The notes under the pieces are model-generated. The model was not told where the DNA came from, did not search any database, and saw nothing but the letters and a program-made list of their open reading frames with translations. From NCBI GenBank assembly GCA_040756875.1, contig JBFLYH010000001.1, positions 736,001-800,000 of the forward strand: a DNA stretch of 64,000 bases, given 5' to 3'. Shown one piece after another: positions 27,701-39,700 of this stretch; the first letter of the stretch is position 1; every line of letters begins with the position of its first letter. A program made the translations under genes and the position numbers. This stretch comes from a candidate division FCPU426 bacterium. GTDB lineage: Bacteria > Oederibacteriota > JAAXVQ01 > JAUVAV01.

Positions 27701-30700
27701 TGGAAAAATATTTCGGCGAAATCCAGGACATCGAGTTCGTGGTTGAAAACGGCGAGCTCTACCTGCTGCAGACCCGGAGCGCCCGCAATTTCGTCTATCC
27801 CACGGCCCGCATCCGCAGCCTGGTGGACATGATCCGAGAAGGGCTCAAGGACGAGGAAACGGTCGTCCACCAGATCAGCCTGAAAGAACTGCACTGGCTC
27901 GAGGACTTTTTAAAAGCGCCGCGCATCAAACCCGGCGCCAAAGGCCTGGTGACCATCGGCAAGCCGGCCGCGCCGGGCATTGCCACGGGGCACATCGCCT
28001 TCTCCCATGCCAAAGCCCGGGAACTGATGGCCGAGGGCAAACCCGTCATCCTGGTCCTGGACCATTCGGACAAGGAAGACGAAAAGTTGCTGATGGAAAA
28101 GAACGTTGTCGGTGTCGTGGAACGGGTGGGCAGCATCCTGTCCCACGCGTCGGCCCTGCTGCGGCAGGAGCGGAGCATGAAACCCTGCGTGGTCGGGCTT
28201 CAGAACCTGCAGCTGAACACCCGCGACGCCCAGCCTCATATACTTATCGGCAGGGAACGGCAGTGGGTCGGCGAAGGCATGATGATAACCGTGGACGGCA
28301 ACACCGGCCAGATTTACCTCGGCAATGATATTGCCCTGGAGGACTCCGAAGTCGCCCAGGTTCTCAATGGCAACGACCGGTTGCGTAGTTCGGCCGGGTG
28401 GAAATTGTACGAGCAGATCCAAACCTGGCTCGACCGGCACGCGAAACTCGTGCACGAGGAAGAGGAATCACTAAGCCCCCTGATCGACAAATGGCTGAAA
28501 GACCCCCAAGGCACCCTGATCACGCCGGAAGTCTCGGCCCTGCTGGAAACGATCCGCGATTCCCATCCCAACCTGGTGCGGGCGAAGAAACACGGCATCC
28601 TGGTGGCGACCATCCGCTGCCTGCTGGCCAAGGACACCTTGCCCTCCGAGAAATTCGACAGCGAAGTCGACCTGTTCCAATTCATCGGCTTCTACGCCGA
28701 TGTTCTGGGATCCCTGCCGACCGCCGAGGGCGGCGAAGTGTTCATGCTGCTGAACGAGATCGATCCGGAGACCGCGCGACGCGTGCTCTACAACGCCTTT
28801 GGCATGCATCCCTACTTCATTGAAGCTTTTCAGGCCTTGAGTGCGAACCGGCCCGAAGCATTCATCCAATTGCTGGACAACTTGGTGATCCCGGTCGGGG
28901 AACTCTCCCCCGAGGAATTGACCGTTTTTCAGCGGAAGCTCGTGTATCTGTTCACCCGTTTTTTGGACCAGATGCCCGAAGAACAGTTGCAGCCGTTTTT
29001 ACCCAGGCTGCGCGGGGAAACCCTGGCCCACCTGGCCGCAGAATGGCTGGTGCGCGGTCCGGAGAAGCTCAAAGACAAGACCCGCCTCTTCAGGCAAACC
29101 CTGGCCGCCGTGGCCGCTGACCATCCCGAACGCATCCGGGATTTTTGGGCGCAGGTACGCCGGACCGATTCGCTGCGCAAAACCGACTGGTTCATGGGCA
29201 ATTTGGGCCGCATCGGCATCGTCCCCGAAGCGCCGCAGCCCGAAGGGGAAGGGCTGATCAGTTTCTCCCTGACCAGATTCGTAGCCGGTCTGGCGGGCAT
29301 GTTGATCGTGACCGCGCTCCTCGGCTTCGCGGCGCCTGACAACGCTCTGGCGTGGGTATTGCCGTTGCTTTTCGGGTCAGGCGGCCTTGCGGTATGGTTT
29401 GGTCCGCGCTTGTATTATTTGGCGAGACTGGCCGCGCCCCTGGCCGGACGTCCGCAGCTGTCGGACGGCAACATCAACCAGCAGCTGCAAGCCCTGTTGG
29501 CGGACATCGAGCGCCGCGGTGGCTTGCCCGCAGGCTACCGCAGGCCCATGCTGGCGCCCTTGCCCGCGCAGCCGTGGTGGCGCAGCCTCTGGTCCGGTTT
29601 CCGCATCGCTTCCGGCGCCGATGGCACGGTCCGCCTGCACCCCAGGTTTTTAAACCTGTCCCCGGCCGCTCAGCGCGCGATGTTGACGCATGAAATATAT
29701 GAAGCGCACGGATCAAAACACTGGCGCGCCACCTGGGCGGAATATGTTTCGGTCTTACGCGCGGCCCCCCGCAACAACCCCGGCCATAATCCCGTCAACA
29801 ATCCCGGAACGCCCCGCGCCAGCCTGCTGCAGTCCATGCGCGGGCACTTGGAGACCGTTTATCTGGATCCGTTCCTCGCCATCGGCCATCTGGGCGATGA
29901 CGTGATCGAACTGAAAAACCTCCAACACCCGGATCAATCGTTCTGGCTGAAATTGCGGGACGACACCAACATCAGCGAAGGACTGTTGCATTACAGCATC
30001 TATGCCCAGCATCCCTCTTTCTTCGGGCAGCCGGTGGTCCTGGGCTTCGGGATGTCCGTGGCCCAGGACAATGAAATCAATCTGCTGACTTTCAACACCG
30101 AGCAGCCGGAGGGCGTGCTAGCGGCCGGCAGCGGGGCCACGATCATGAATTTCCTGCGGCAGGAAGCCCTGCGCCTGAACCGGCACTTCCTTTTCAGCGA
30201 CATGGGCAATGCCCGGGTCAGGACCCTGGTCCGCCGTTTTACCCGCAATGTCAGCATTCCCGGCTGGTCCGTAGAAGGGCAGGACCCGCAGGCCCGGCTG
30301 CCCTGGTCGTGGGACGACTGGCGAGGGCGTTTCCTGTACGCGGATCCCCAAACCACCGGAGAGGTCATAGCCGGACAGCTTGCGGATTGGGATCTGCTTG
30401 CCGACCGTGCGGAACAATTGCTCAACCGCCTGATCCCCGATCAACGCCGTTCCGAAATTCGCGCCGCCATGTGGCAGCAGGCTGCGGCGGAATGGAGCAG
30501 GACGCAGCAGCCGCGCCAGGCGGGTTTGGCGGCCTTGCGGGCCGTATTGGACGCCGGACTGCCCCTGGCTGACCGCGCGCCGGCCGCGCTCAATGTATGG
30601 TTGGAACGGGAATTGCGCGATCTCAGGGAGGTCGTATTCCCTGCGGATCTCGACCGCCTGACAACCGCTCTGGCCCTTCCTGGTGCTTCCCCCGCAATTG

Positions 30701-33700
30701 CGCTTTCGCCCCGGGAGAAACTTTTCGCCAACTTATCTGCAACGCTCAATCCCGGTCAGGATCCGGCGCGCGATCGCATCCTGCGCGAAATGTACGGTGA
30801 TCTGCTGGCGGCCCGGCCCACTTGGCTGCAGCCGTCCAATCAGCCCATGCTGCAAGCCGCCCTGGAATTGCTGCTGGTTGCCGATCCCGCCCTTGCTGAA
30901 GCTCCTGCCCAGGGAAAGGACGAAGCTTTCGTCCAGGCCTTGGGCAAGGTCTTGGAAGCCCTCGCACCGGCCCAAGCTGGACAGGTTTTGCAGTTACTGC
31001 TGGAGGAATACCGCGCGGCATGGAATCAGATTATGTCTTATCCCTTGGGGAATCACAAAGCCTTCATCCGCGTTTTAACCCAGCTTGGATTCCGCAATCC
31101 TTCGGCATTGTCCCATATGCTCGACAGCCTGCCGTTTGATTTTTCCAAAGCCTCGGCTGCGGAACTTCGCCGGAATTTCGAAGCCACCAACTTCGCTTTC
31201 GCCCGGGCCGTAACCTATTTGCCGGCGGAACAACAGCATTCCATCCTGACATCGCTTCAAGGCCGGGCGCTATACACCTTGTACGCACAATGGCTGGTTG
31301 CCTTGTCCAATCAGGGAATTTACGACCGCATTTTCGGCGGCGTGGCCGAACCCGGGCTCTTACGCGGCATGCTGCAGGAAACTTTACGCAGCCACCCAGA
31401 TCAGGCCCAATTCTGGAAAAGGGTGGATGAAGCCGGCAGCCTTGACCAGTCCGGATTCTATCAAACCGTAGCCGGCGTGAAGAGTTTTAGCGAATTATTG
31501 CGGAAGCAAGGGTTCCACCTGCCCCGGGACCTGCTGCCGGCCGAAGAACTCGCCCGTTACGCCCGCCTGGTGCGCGAGGAATTCAAACGTTCGCCCGAAC
31601 CCACTGCCCTCTGTTTCACGCACGCCGCCCGCCTGGTCGCTTACTTCAAGGCCCAGGGCCGGAATGCCTACGTCTTCAAAAAACAGTTCCCAGGAGTGGA
31701 GGACGAGCATTACTACGTTTACGTGGAAGGTTATCTGGTGGACGTCTTTCCGGACGATCTCATCTCCAAATTCAACACCCCTGAGGTCAACCAAATTCGC
31801 AGTTTGATCCGGGACGACGTGATCGTCGTGCGTGCCCTTTCACCCGAGGTACGCCCTTATACCGGAACGCCGTTCCCCGAGCAACTGAACGACGAAGCAA
31901 TCGCGCGCTCCAACCTGTTCATTGCTTTGGAATTCGAGTTGCCGACCGTGGCCTCGGCCGAGGATGTCGAGTGGGAGCGTTCGGACCGTCAAGCCATCCA
32001 GGTTTCACCCCTGCGCCTGGCAGTGGCGGTCGCGACCATCGCGGTCCTGGGGGTGTTTTCTTTCCTGCTTTCGCCGGATTCCGTCCTGTCCACGCTCTCG
32101 ATTTGGGGCGCCGGCGCCGGCGTGTTGACTCTGGCCGGCGTATACGCGCCGCGGCTCTATTACGGGTGGCGTCTGGCCAGGCCGCGCGCGCCGGTTCTGG
32201 ATCCCCGGTACCTCGACACCCAGCTGACGCGCCTGGTGGCCGATCTGGAAAAGAACGGCGGTTTGCCCGACGGCTATCAGCGCCCGCGTTTTAAAGTCCT
32301 GCCGCGCCAGGCCATCCGGACTTCCTTTTGGAAAGGGCTTCGCGTCGGCTACGGTTCCTCCGGCGTGGTTTATTTGCACCCGAACTTCCTCTCGCTCCCG
32401 ATCCCGGCCCAGCGGGCCGTCTTGCTCCATGAAATTTACGAAGCGCATCAGCGCGGCCACGTCCTGGCCACGCTCCTGGAGCTGGCCAGCTACCTCCGTT
32501 CGGCCGTGGTCTACTTGCGTCCCGCGGCCCGGCGGTTCAGGCGGATCGAGCGGATCGGCTTCACGGCCAAGGCCGACCCCCTGGCCCGGCGGCGCCAGAT
32601 CGAGCGCCTGCTTCACGAAATCGACCGGGAATTGCAGCAACCCGGCAGCGGCCGTCTGCCGCAAATGGCCGTGATCTCTGACCTGCATGCGGACGCCAAG
32701 CGTTTCTCCGAACTGCTGGGCGACGCGCTGCGCCAGATCGCGGGCTTTCAGGGATCGTTGAATCCCGACCGTTCCATCGAACAGCAAATGAACGAACAGG
32801 GGTTGTCGCTTAAAGACATGCCCGGCATGATCGTGGTCAACGGCGACTTGCTGGACCGCGGCGAGGACGGTCTGCGCTGTTTTAACCTGGTCCAGGAACT
32901 GCGGCGCGTGGCGCCCGACCGGGTGGTGTACATCGTCGGCAACCATGATTTGTGGGCCGCCGGAAACCTCCTGGGCATTCATCTGCCCTGGTATCGCGGC
33001 TATGAATTTCACGGCGACGTGGAAGCCGAACGCCTGGTGGCCCAACAGCGCCGCAAAAACCCCGGGCAAGTGAACGACTTCGACTGGTGGACCGCCCGCC
33101 TGGCCGAATACAACGCCGACCAGGCGGCCTGGCAAAAAGACGAATTCGGTCAAAGGATGAAATCCGCGCGCGCTTCCTTCATGGATTTGTATAAGCGGGT
33201 GGGGCAGGGGTGGTCCGAAGCCCAGAAAGACACCTGGGAGGAATTCACGGGCAACTTCGCCCGCATCCAGGTGAAAGACCCGGCGGTCGGCCTCAACGCC
33301 ATCGGCCGCACCTCCGTGGCCTGGTGGCAGCGCATTCACTCGGAACTCATGGACCATCGCCGAGCCCGCGAAGGCGTGGCCGACGCGGAGGAGCTCCAGG
33401 CATGGGACGAAGCCATCGTCCTGGCCGCGCAAATCACCGCCGCTTATGAAGAACGCATGGCCGCGGCCCTGGCCGAAGGGAAATGGTGGGTCAGGGTCCT
33501 GCAGGGCATCAACACCCAGGCCTACGCGTCCATGGAATGGTGGTGCCAGGATTGGTCCAGCCATAAAGGCTGGGGCGAGGCACTGATCGCGGAACTCAAC
33601 CAGCGGCAACTGTACGTGGACGGAAAAAAAGTCACGCAAGCCAATTACACCCGGAGCCGCATCATCCAGGACATGGGGCAGTTCTTCCTGGAAAACTTCA

Positions 33701-36700
33701 ACCTCCACGTTTTCGACGCCTACGGCAACTTGGTCACGCACGGGATGCTGCCCGTGGATCCGGACGGCCAGATCCGCCTGGCGTTCAAGGGCAAAACCTA
33801 TACCGGCCGCGAGGTGTTCGCCGGGCTGGCCGCCATGTCCGAGGCGGTCAAAAAGTCGCGGGGAGACCGCCGGAAGATGCTCGAAACCTTCCGCCTGGTC
33901 AACGACTGGTACTCGGACAAAACCACGCGCATCAAACCCATGCACGTCCTCGCTTATCTGCGCGACATCGGCCAGCATGTGTTCCAGGCCTCCCTGCGCG
34001 TCTACAACTGGTTCACCGGCCACAACACCCTGGCCACCCTGGGCATGTCCTTCAGGCACCGGGACGGCGATTATTCCATGTTCTTCATCGACAAGGGCAT
34101 GTCGCCCAGGTTCGGAGGCGAAGGCTCCTACGCCCTAGTGGGCAACGGGATCCGATTCCGCGGGTTCGTGGCGGACCGCAGCCGCGCGGTGGTGGATTCC
34201 CCGCTGACCGTCACCCAGCAGGCGTTGATCGAAAATCCCGGCATGCCGCGCGAGGAATACCTGCGGCTGATGCACCGCGCCCTCAGCGAGGAATTGGCGC
34301 TGCTACCCGCAGGCCCCCTGGCCGAGGCGCGTAAACCGGCGCGTGAAATCACGACCGAAGCCATGCTGCACAACCGCCTGCTGGACCAGGTTTTTGCCCG
34401 CGGTTCGATCGGAGACAACGAACGCGACCGCCAAGTCCTGGCCGCCTTCCTGGTGCCCGACCATCCGTTCAAAGCCGAAGCCTTTGAACGCCTGGGCCGC
34501 CTGGACGACGAGGAAGTCCTGGCCCGCGTGGACGACCTGCTCGCCCGCGACCAGGGCGATTCGCCCAACGTCAGTTTCGGTCAGCACGCCTTCAGCCCCT
34601 TCCTGCAGCGCCACTTGAAACTGCGGGAACTGGCCCTGCATCCCACCAGCGGCCAACGTGACTTGCGCCAGATTCTGTTCAGCTCCATGACCATCGCCTA
34701 CACCCCGTCCGTGATGAACCTCATGAGCGAGAAGGGGAGGGAGGTCCTGGTTAAAACCAGCATCGAAGCCAACTACCTGCTCCTGCGCGCCCTGGCGATC
34801 CTGGCCCGCGATCCCGAACGCCTGCAGCTGACCGCCGCCCAGGTCCGCGAACTGAGCCAATACCTGCAAAGCCCGGACGTGATACGCGAGCTGGAATCCT
34901 TCCGCGAAGACCAGGCCCTGACCGGCCTGACCGCTCCCACGACCGTGACCAGCCTGCTGGCCCTCAGCCAGCTTTATCTTCCGGCCGATACGCCCGAAAA
35001 ACGCGCCAGTCTCGGCCGGCTGGTGGCCTTGATCGACCAGCTAAGGGCCGAGAGCCCGCTCTGGGCCGAGATGCTGCAGGATCCCACGCTTTCCGCGGCC
35101 GCCCAAGTCGAACGGATCCGCCGCCTGAACGCCTCGGCGGAACAGGCGGTTCTGCCTGCGCGGGCCGAACTGCGCCTGTCTTTCTGGCGTCTGCTCGCGG
35201 GTGCGGCCGTGGCCGTGGGCGTCGGCATCAGCCTGTCGCTGACCCTTTCGCCGGACGTGGTTGTGCGCACGGTTTCACTCTGGGGCGCCGCCTCAGGCCT
35301 GGCCGTGATGGCGTTTTTCGCGCCGCGTTTGTATTACGTTTGGCGCCTGGTGCGGCCCAGGGCGCCGGCCCTGGATCCGGACCAGGCCAAAAAACAGCTG
35401 GCCGAACTGATCGCGGACCTGGCCCGCCGCAGCGGATTGCCCGAAGGATATACGCCCGAAATCACGATCCTGCCCGCTCAAACCCTGGGTTCCATCTTCC
35501 GCCGGGGATTTATGATAGCCAAAGCCGAAAAAGGCCGGCTAAGCCTGCACGCCAACTTTTTATCCCTGCCCTGGCCCATCCAGCAGGCCGTGGTTTTGCA
35601 CGAACTGGTCGAAGCCAGCGGCCAGGGCCACTGGCGCGCCACCTGGGCGGAGTTCCGCTCCTATTTGCGCTCGCGGCCGTTCAGGCCCAGCTATCCGCAA
35701 AACATCTTCGCGAACGATTTCACGGTGCATGAACGCCAGGAAAGCGGCGCGACCTGGAACCGGTACCGGGTAACGTACAAGGACACCGATTACTTCTTCC
35801 AGGTGAGAAACGACCTGGACGCCCGCGACAGCCAGCATTTCCGGTTGGAGCGGCTGGCGCCGGACGCCCTTACCCAGCACGCCCTGGACGTGGTCCTCAA
35901 CGGCCTGAACCTGCAGCGCTTCCGCCTGCTCCGTTTCCGCCACCGTTTGGTGGCGCCGCGCGTCGAGGCCTTTGTCATGAACGAGAACGGCGTGGTGGTC
36001 GGGTACCTCACGCCGTACTGGCCGGGCGAACGCCTGTCCGACCTGGTGCGCGCCAAAAGCTTGAGCCCGGCGCAATTGGGACAGGTGCTGCGCCAGCTTC
36101 ATGGCCAGTTGGAAATGATGCACGCGAACCGCCTGATGCACGGCGACCCGCATTTCGACAACGTCCTGGTCAGACTGCCGTCGCCGTGGGTGCCGCGTTT
36201 CCTGGCCCGGCGCTTCCCGCGGCTCTTCCCGGTGGTCGCTCATTTTGTGAATTTCAAACCCAGCGAGGAATTCAACCCCACGGCGGACCTGTTCAAATTC
36301 CGCCTGCTGGTGGACCGCGCCAGCCGGGAAACCCTGGACGGCCGGGCTGCGGAATTTATTCCGGACCTGGTCCCGCGGCCCGAAGTGTCGCCGCTGGCCG
36401 GCCGGCTCGCGGACGCCCAAATCACGGCCGCGCTCAGGCGGGAAGGGGACCGGGTGACCGTGCTGGTGGTCAACCACCGCACCGGCGCCACGGTTTACCA
36501 GCGCCAATTCGCGCTGGCGCCCGAAGACCCGGTCGGCACGATTCGCGACGAGTTGACATACGTTCTTCGGCAACTGGGCGCCCGCATCGACACCGCCGGC
36601 ATTACCGGCTGGCCGGAAGCGGAATTCAACGACCTGCACGCCATACTGTGGAACGATCTGGACATCAAGGCCTTCTCGCCGGAAACCTCGCCGCCGGGGT

Positions 36701-39700
36701 TTTTCACGGACCGGGCCGACCCGCGGGCCGTGGCCGATGCCGCCCGCCGCCTGTTTTACGAAACCGCGGAAGTGGTCCGCGTGGAGCAGGACGGTCTGGT
36801 GCACGTCAATCGCCTGGGGAACCTTTCCGATTTCGAAACCGTGTTGGGGCCCGAACGGCTGGCGCGCCACCTCGCCCTGGCGGACATGGCTCGCGCCGAA
36901 GATCTGCGGATGGTTTTCATCAACTCCACGCCCAAGGGCGGCGGCGTGGCGATTATGCGGCACGGCATCCAGCGCTGGGCCGAACTCCTGCGCCTGCCTC
37001 TGCGCTGGCTGGTCATGAGTCCTGATGAGACAGGAACCATTTTCGATGTCACCAAATTGAAATTCCACAATGTCCTGCAGCTGGCGCAGGACAACCCCCT
37101 GACCGCCGAAGACACCCGGCGCCTGGACGCCTGGACCCAAGACCAGGCCCGCCGCTTCCAGCAACACCTGGCCTGGGGCAACGTCTTTGTCATCGATGAT
37201 CCTCAGCCCGCCGGACTGATCCGCCTGATCAAGCAGTCCAATCCGCAGGCCAAAATCATTTGGCGCTGCCATATCGAATTCAATGTCGAGGAAATCAACC
37301 GTCCCGGCACCACGGCCCACGAGACCTGGAAATACCTCGCCGATAAAATCGGACCGTCTGACCTCTTCCTGTTCCATGAAAAAGCCTTTGTCCCGGCCGG
37401 GTTCGAATCAGGCCACATGGTGCTGCAGATGTATCCGGCCATGGTCCCGCTGGACGGCATGAACAAACCCCTGCGCCCGATCCAGATGGATTATTACCTT
37501 AGGCTGTTCAATGAAATCATGGGCGAACAAGGCCAGACGCCGTTGGATCCCGACCGCCCGATCCTGACGCAAATCGCCCGTTTCGATCCCTCCAAGGGCA
37601 TTCCGGACGTTTTGGAATCCTTCCGCCTGTTGCGCCGCCGCCTGGCCCCGTTCCGGTTCCTGGCCGAATGGTCCATTCCGGTGTTTCACTTCCTGGCCGG
37701 TTGGGACATTCCCCTGGCCGGCCGGCTGGAGCGTCGCCTGGTGGATTTGGCCCGTTACCTTAAGCCGCAGTTGGTGATTCTTGGCAACGGCGCCAACGAC
37801 GACCCGGAAGCCATGCCCCTGTATAACCTGGCGCAGTCGATTAAAACCCAGCCTGAATATGCCCGCATCGCGGATGACATTAAAGTCGTGCTGGCGCCGC
37901 ACAACGACCAGTTGCTCAATGCCGTCCTGCGCTGGAGCCGGGTGGCTTTCCAGCTCTCGCACCGCGAAGGGTTCGAATTCAAGGTAACCGAAGCCCTGCA
38001 GAAGGGCGTGCCTGTGATCGCCTACCGGGCGGGCGGTATTCCGGCGCAGATCGAGGACGACCGCACCGGCTTCCTGCTTGAAGTGGGTGATGTGCGCGGC
38101 GTAGCCCGCCGCTTGCTCTGGCTGATGTTGAACCCGTTTTCTTACCGGCGCATGAGCCGGGCCGCCGCGGAAGAGACTCGCACGAATTACATCATTCAGG
38201 ACAACGCCGCCAACCTGATCAGCCTGGGCCTGCTCCTGCGCTCAAACCGCCTGACGCCCGAAACCCTGGCCCAGGCCTCGGCCGGCCGGGATGAACACCA
38301 GGTCACCGCCGACCTGCGCGAGCAGGTGATGGACGAGGCGGAAACGCGTTTCGGGGCCGGCGCCCGGGAAGCGCAACGCGGCCCGAATTGGCCTGCCGGC
38401 CTGATGCCCAAGTTCAGGGCAAAAGTCATCGATGAGTACGGGCGTTTCCACCCCGGAGCAGCGGCTCGGGCGATCCTACAGGAAAACATCTGGCTGCTGC
38501 CATGGGTGGTCCTGACCGGCGTCGCCACCGTGGCGGCAATGGCAGTAGCCGGGCAGGGAAGCGCGCTCGCGCCTCTCCTGCGCATCCTCATCCCTTCGCT
38601 CAGCGGCCTTTTCTACGCCGCCACCTTCACCCGCAGCCACGGTCCGACCGTGGTGGCTTTCGATCCCGACGAAATGCGCTATGTAGAGATTCCCAGGACC
38701 TGGAAGCATACCCTGCAACTGTTCGGCCTGGGTTTGGGCATGGCTGCCCTGACCCTCGGCGGATTGGCCCTGGGCAGCCTGGGCCTGCTCGGGCTGGGCG
38801 CGGTCAGCAGCCTGGCCATCGGTGTATTGACGGGCTTCGCGGCCGCTTATGCGCTCCACTTTGCCTGGAATTTTTCCTTTGCCCGCCGCCTGCCGGGTCT
38901 GGCCACGGGCTCGGCCCAACCCGTGCCCAAGCTGCCGCCATTGGAGAGCGTGGTCGAACTGACCGTGGAAAGCCGCCTCTCGCACGAATTGATCAACCGT
39001 ATCCGTGCCAACCTTAGTGATACAGCCCATCCCGAGCGGGCCCGGCTGGATCAGGAACTGTCCGCGTTGGGTGACAATCCCGAACTGGCGCTGCAATTGC
39101 TGGCCATGTCCGGCTCCATCGGTGGCATCGGCCCGCTGCTGACCGACCGGATCGAGGATTTGGGCAAGCAGGCGGGGTTCCGCAAGGTCGTGGGCATCCG
39201 GCCGCTCTACCAGCAGGTCTGGCGCCAGCAAGTCACGCCCAGCCAAAACGGCGGCCCCGAACAATTTTCTCTCTCCAAGGTCGAAGTCGGCGACATGCTG
39301 CGTTCGGCCCTGGAACGCACCCAGGTTCCGGGAACCGACCAGGACCTGACCCTCGAAGTTCCCATGTATGACGGCCGGGTGCGCAAGGTCGCGGTCTGGC
39401 AGGAAACGGATCCGAAGACCGGTACGGTCATGTACTACCTCGACGATTACGCGGCCGGCGAGGCCGAGCCCAATGTCTTTGACGTGGTGTATTCGGGATA
39501 TGCGGATAAAAACGCTTCGGCCCGCTTCCTCGGGGATTTCGAAGCCAAGAAACGCATCTCCATGGAGCAGAGCTACCTGCTCGGCCGCGCCTATTTGGCG
39601 CTTCTGGAAACCCTGCAGATTCAGCCTGACGCGGTGATCCTGTCCGAAATGAGCGCCGGTACCTTCGCCATTCCTCAAGTCGTCACGGACAAGTACCAGC

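Noticed and set aside
26830-28330. Calling a stand-alone ppdK gene or a frameshifted pseudogene
   Set aside because: The domain is in frame inside the giant ORF and lacks the C-terminal barrel.
29870-30270. GNAT acetyltransferase domain in the giant protein (AAGSGATIMNFL...N)
   Set aside because: Only a weak motif-A resemblance, insufficient to call without a profile search.
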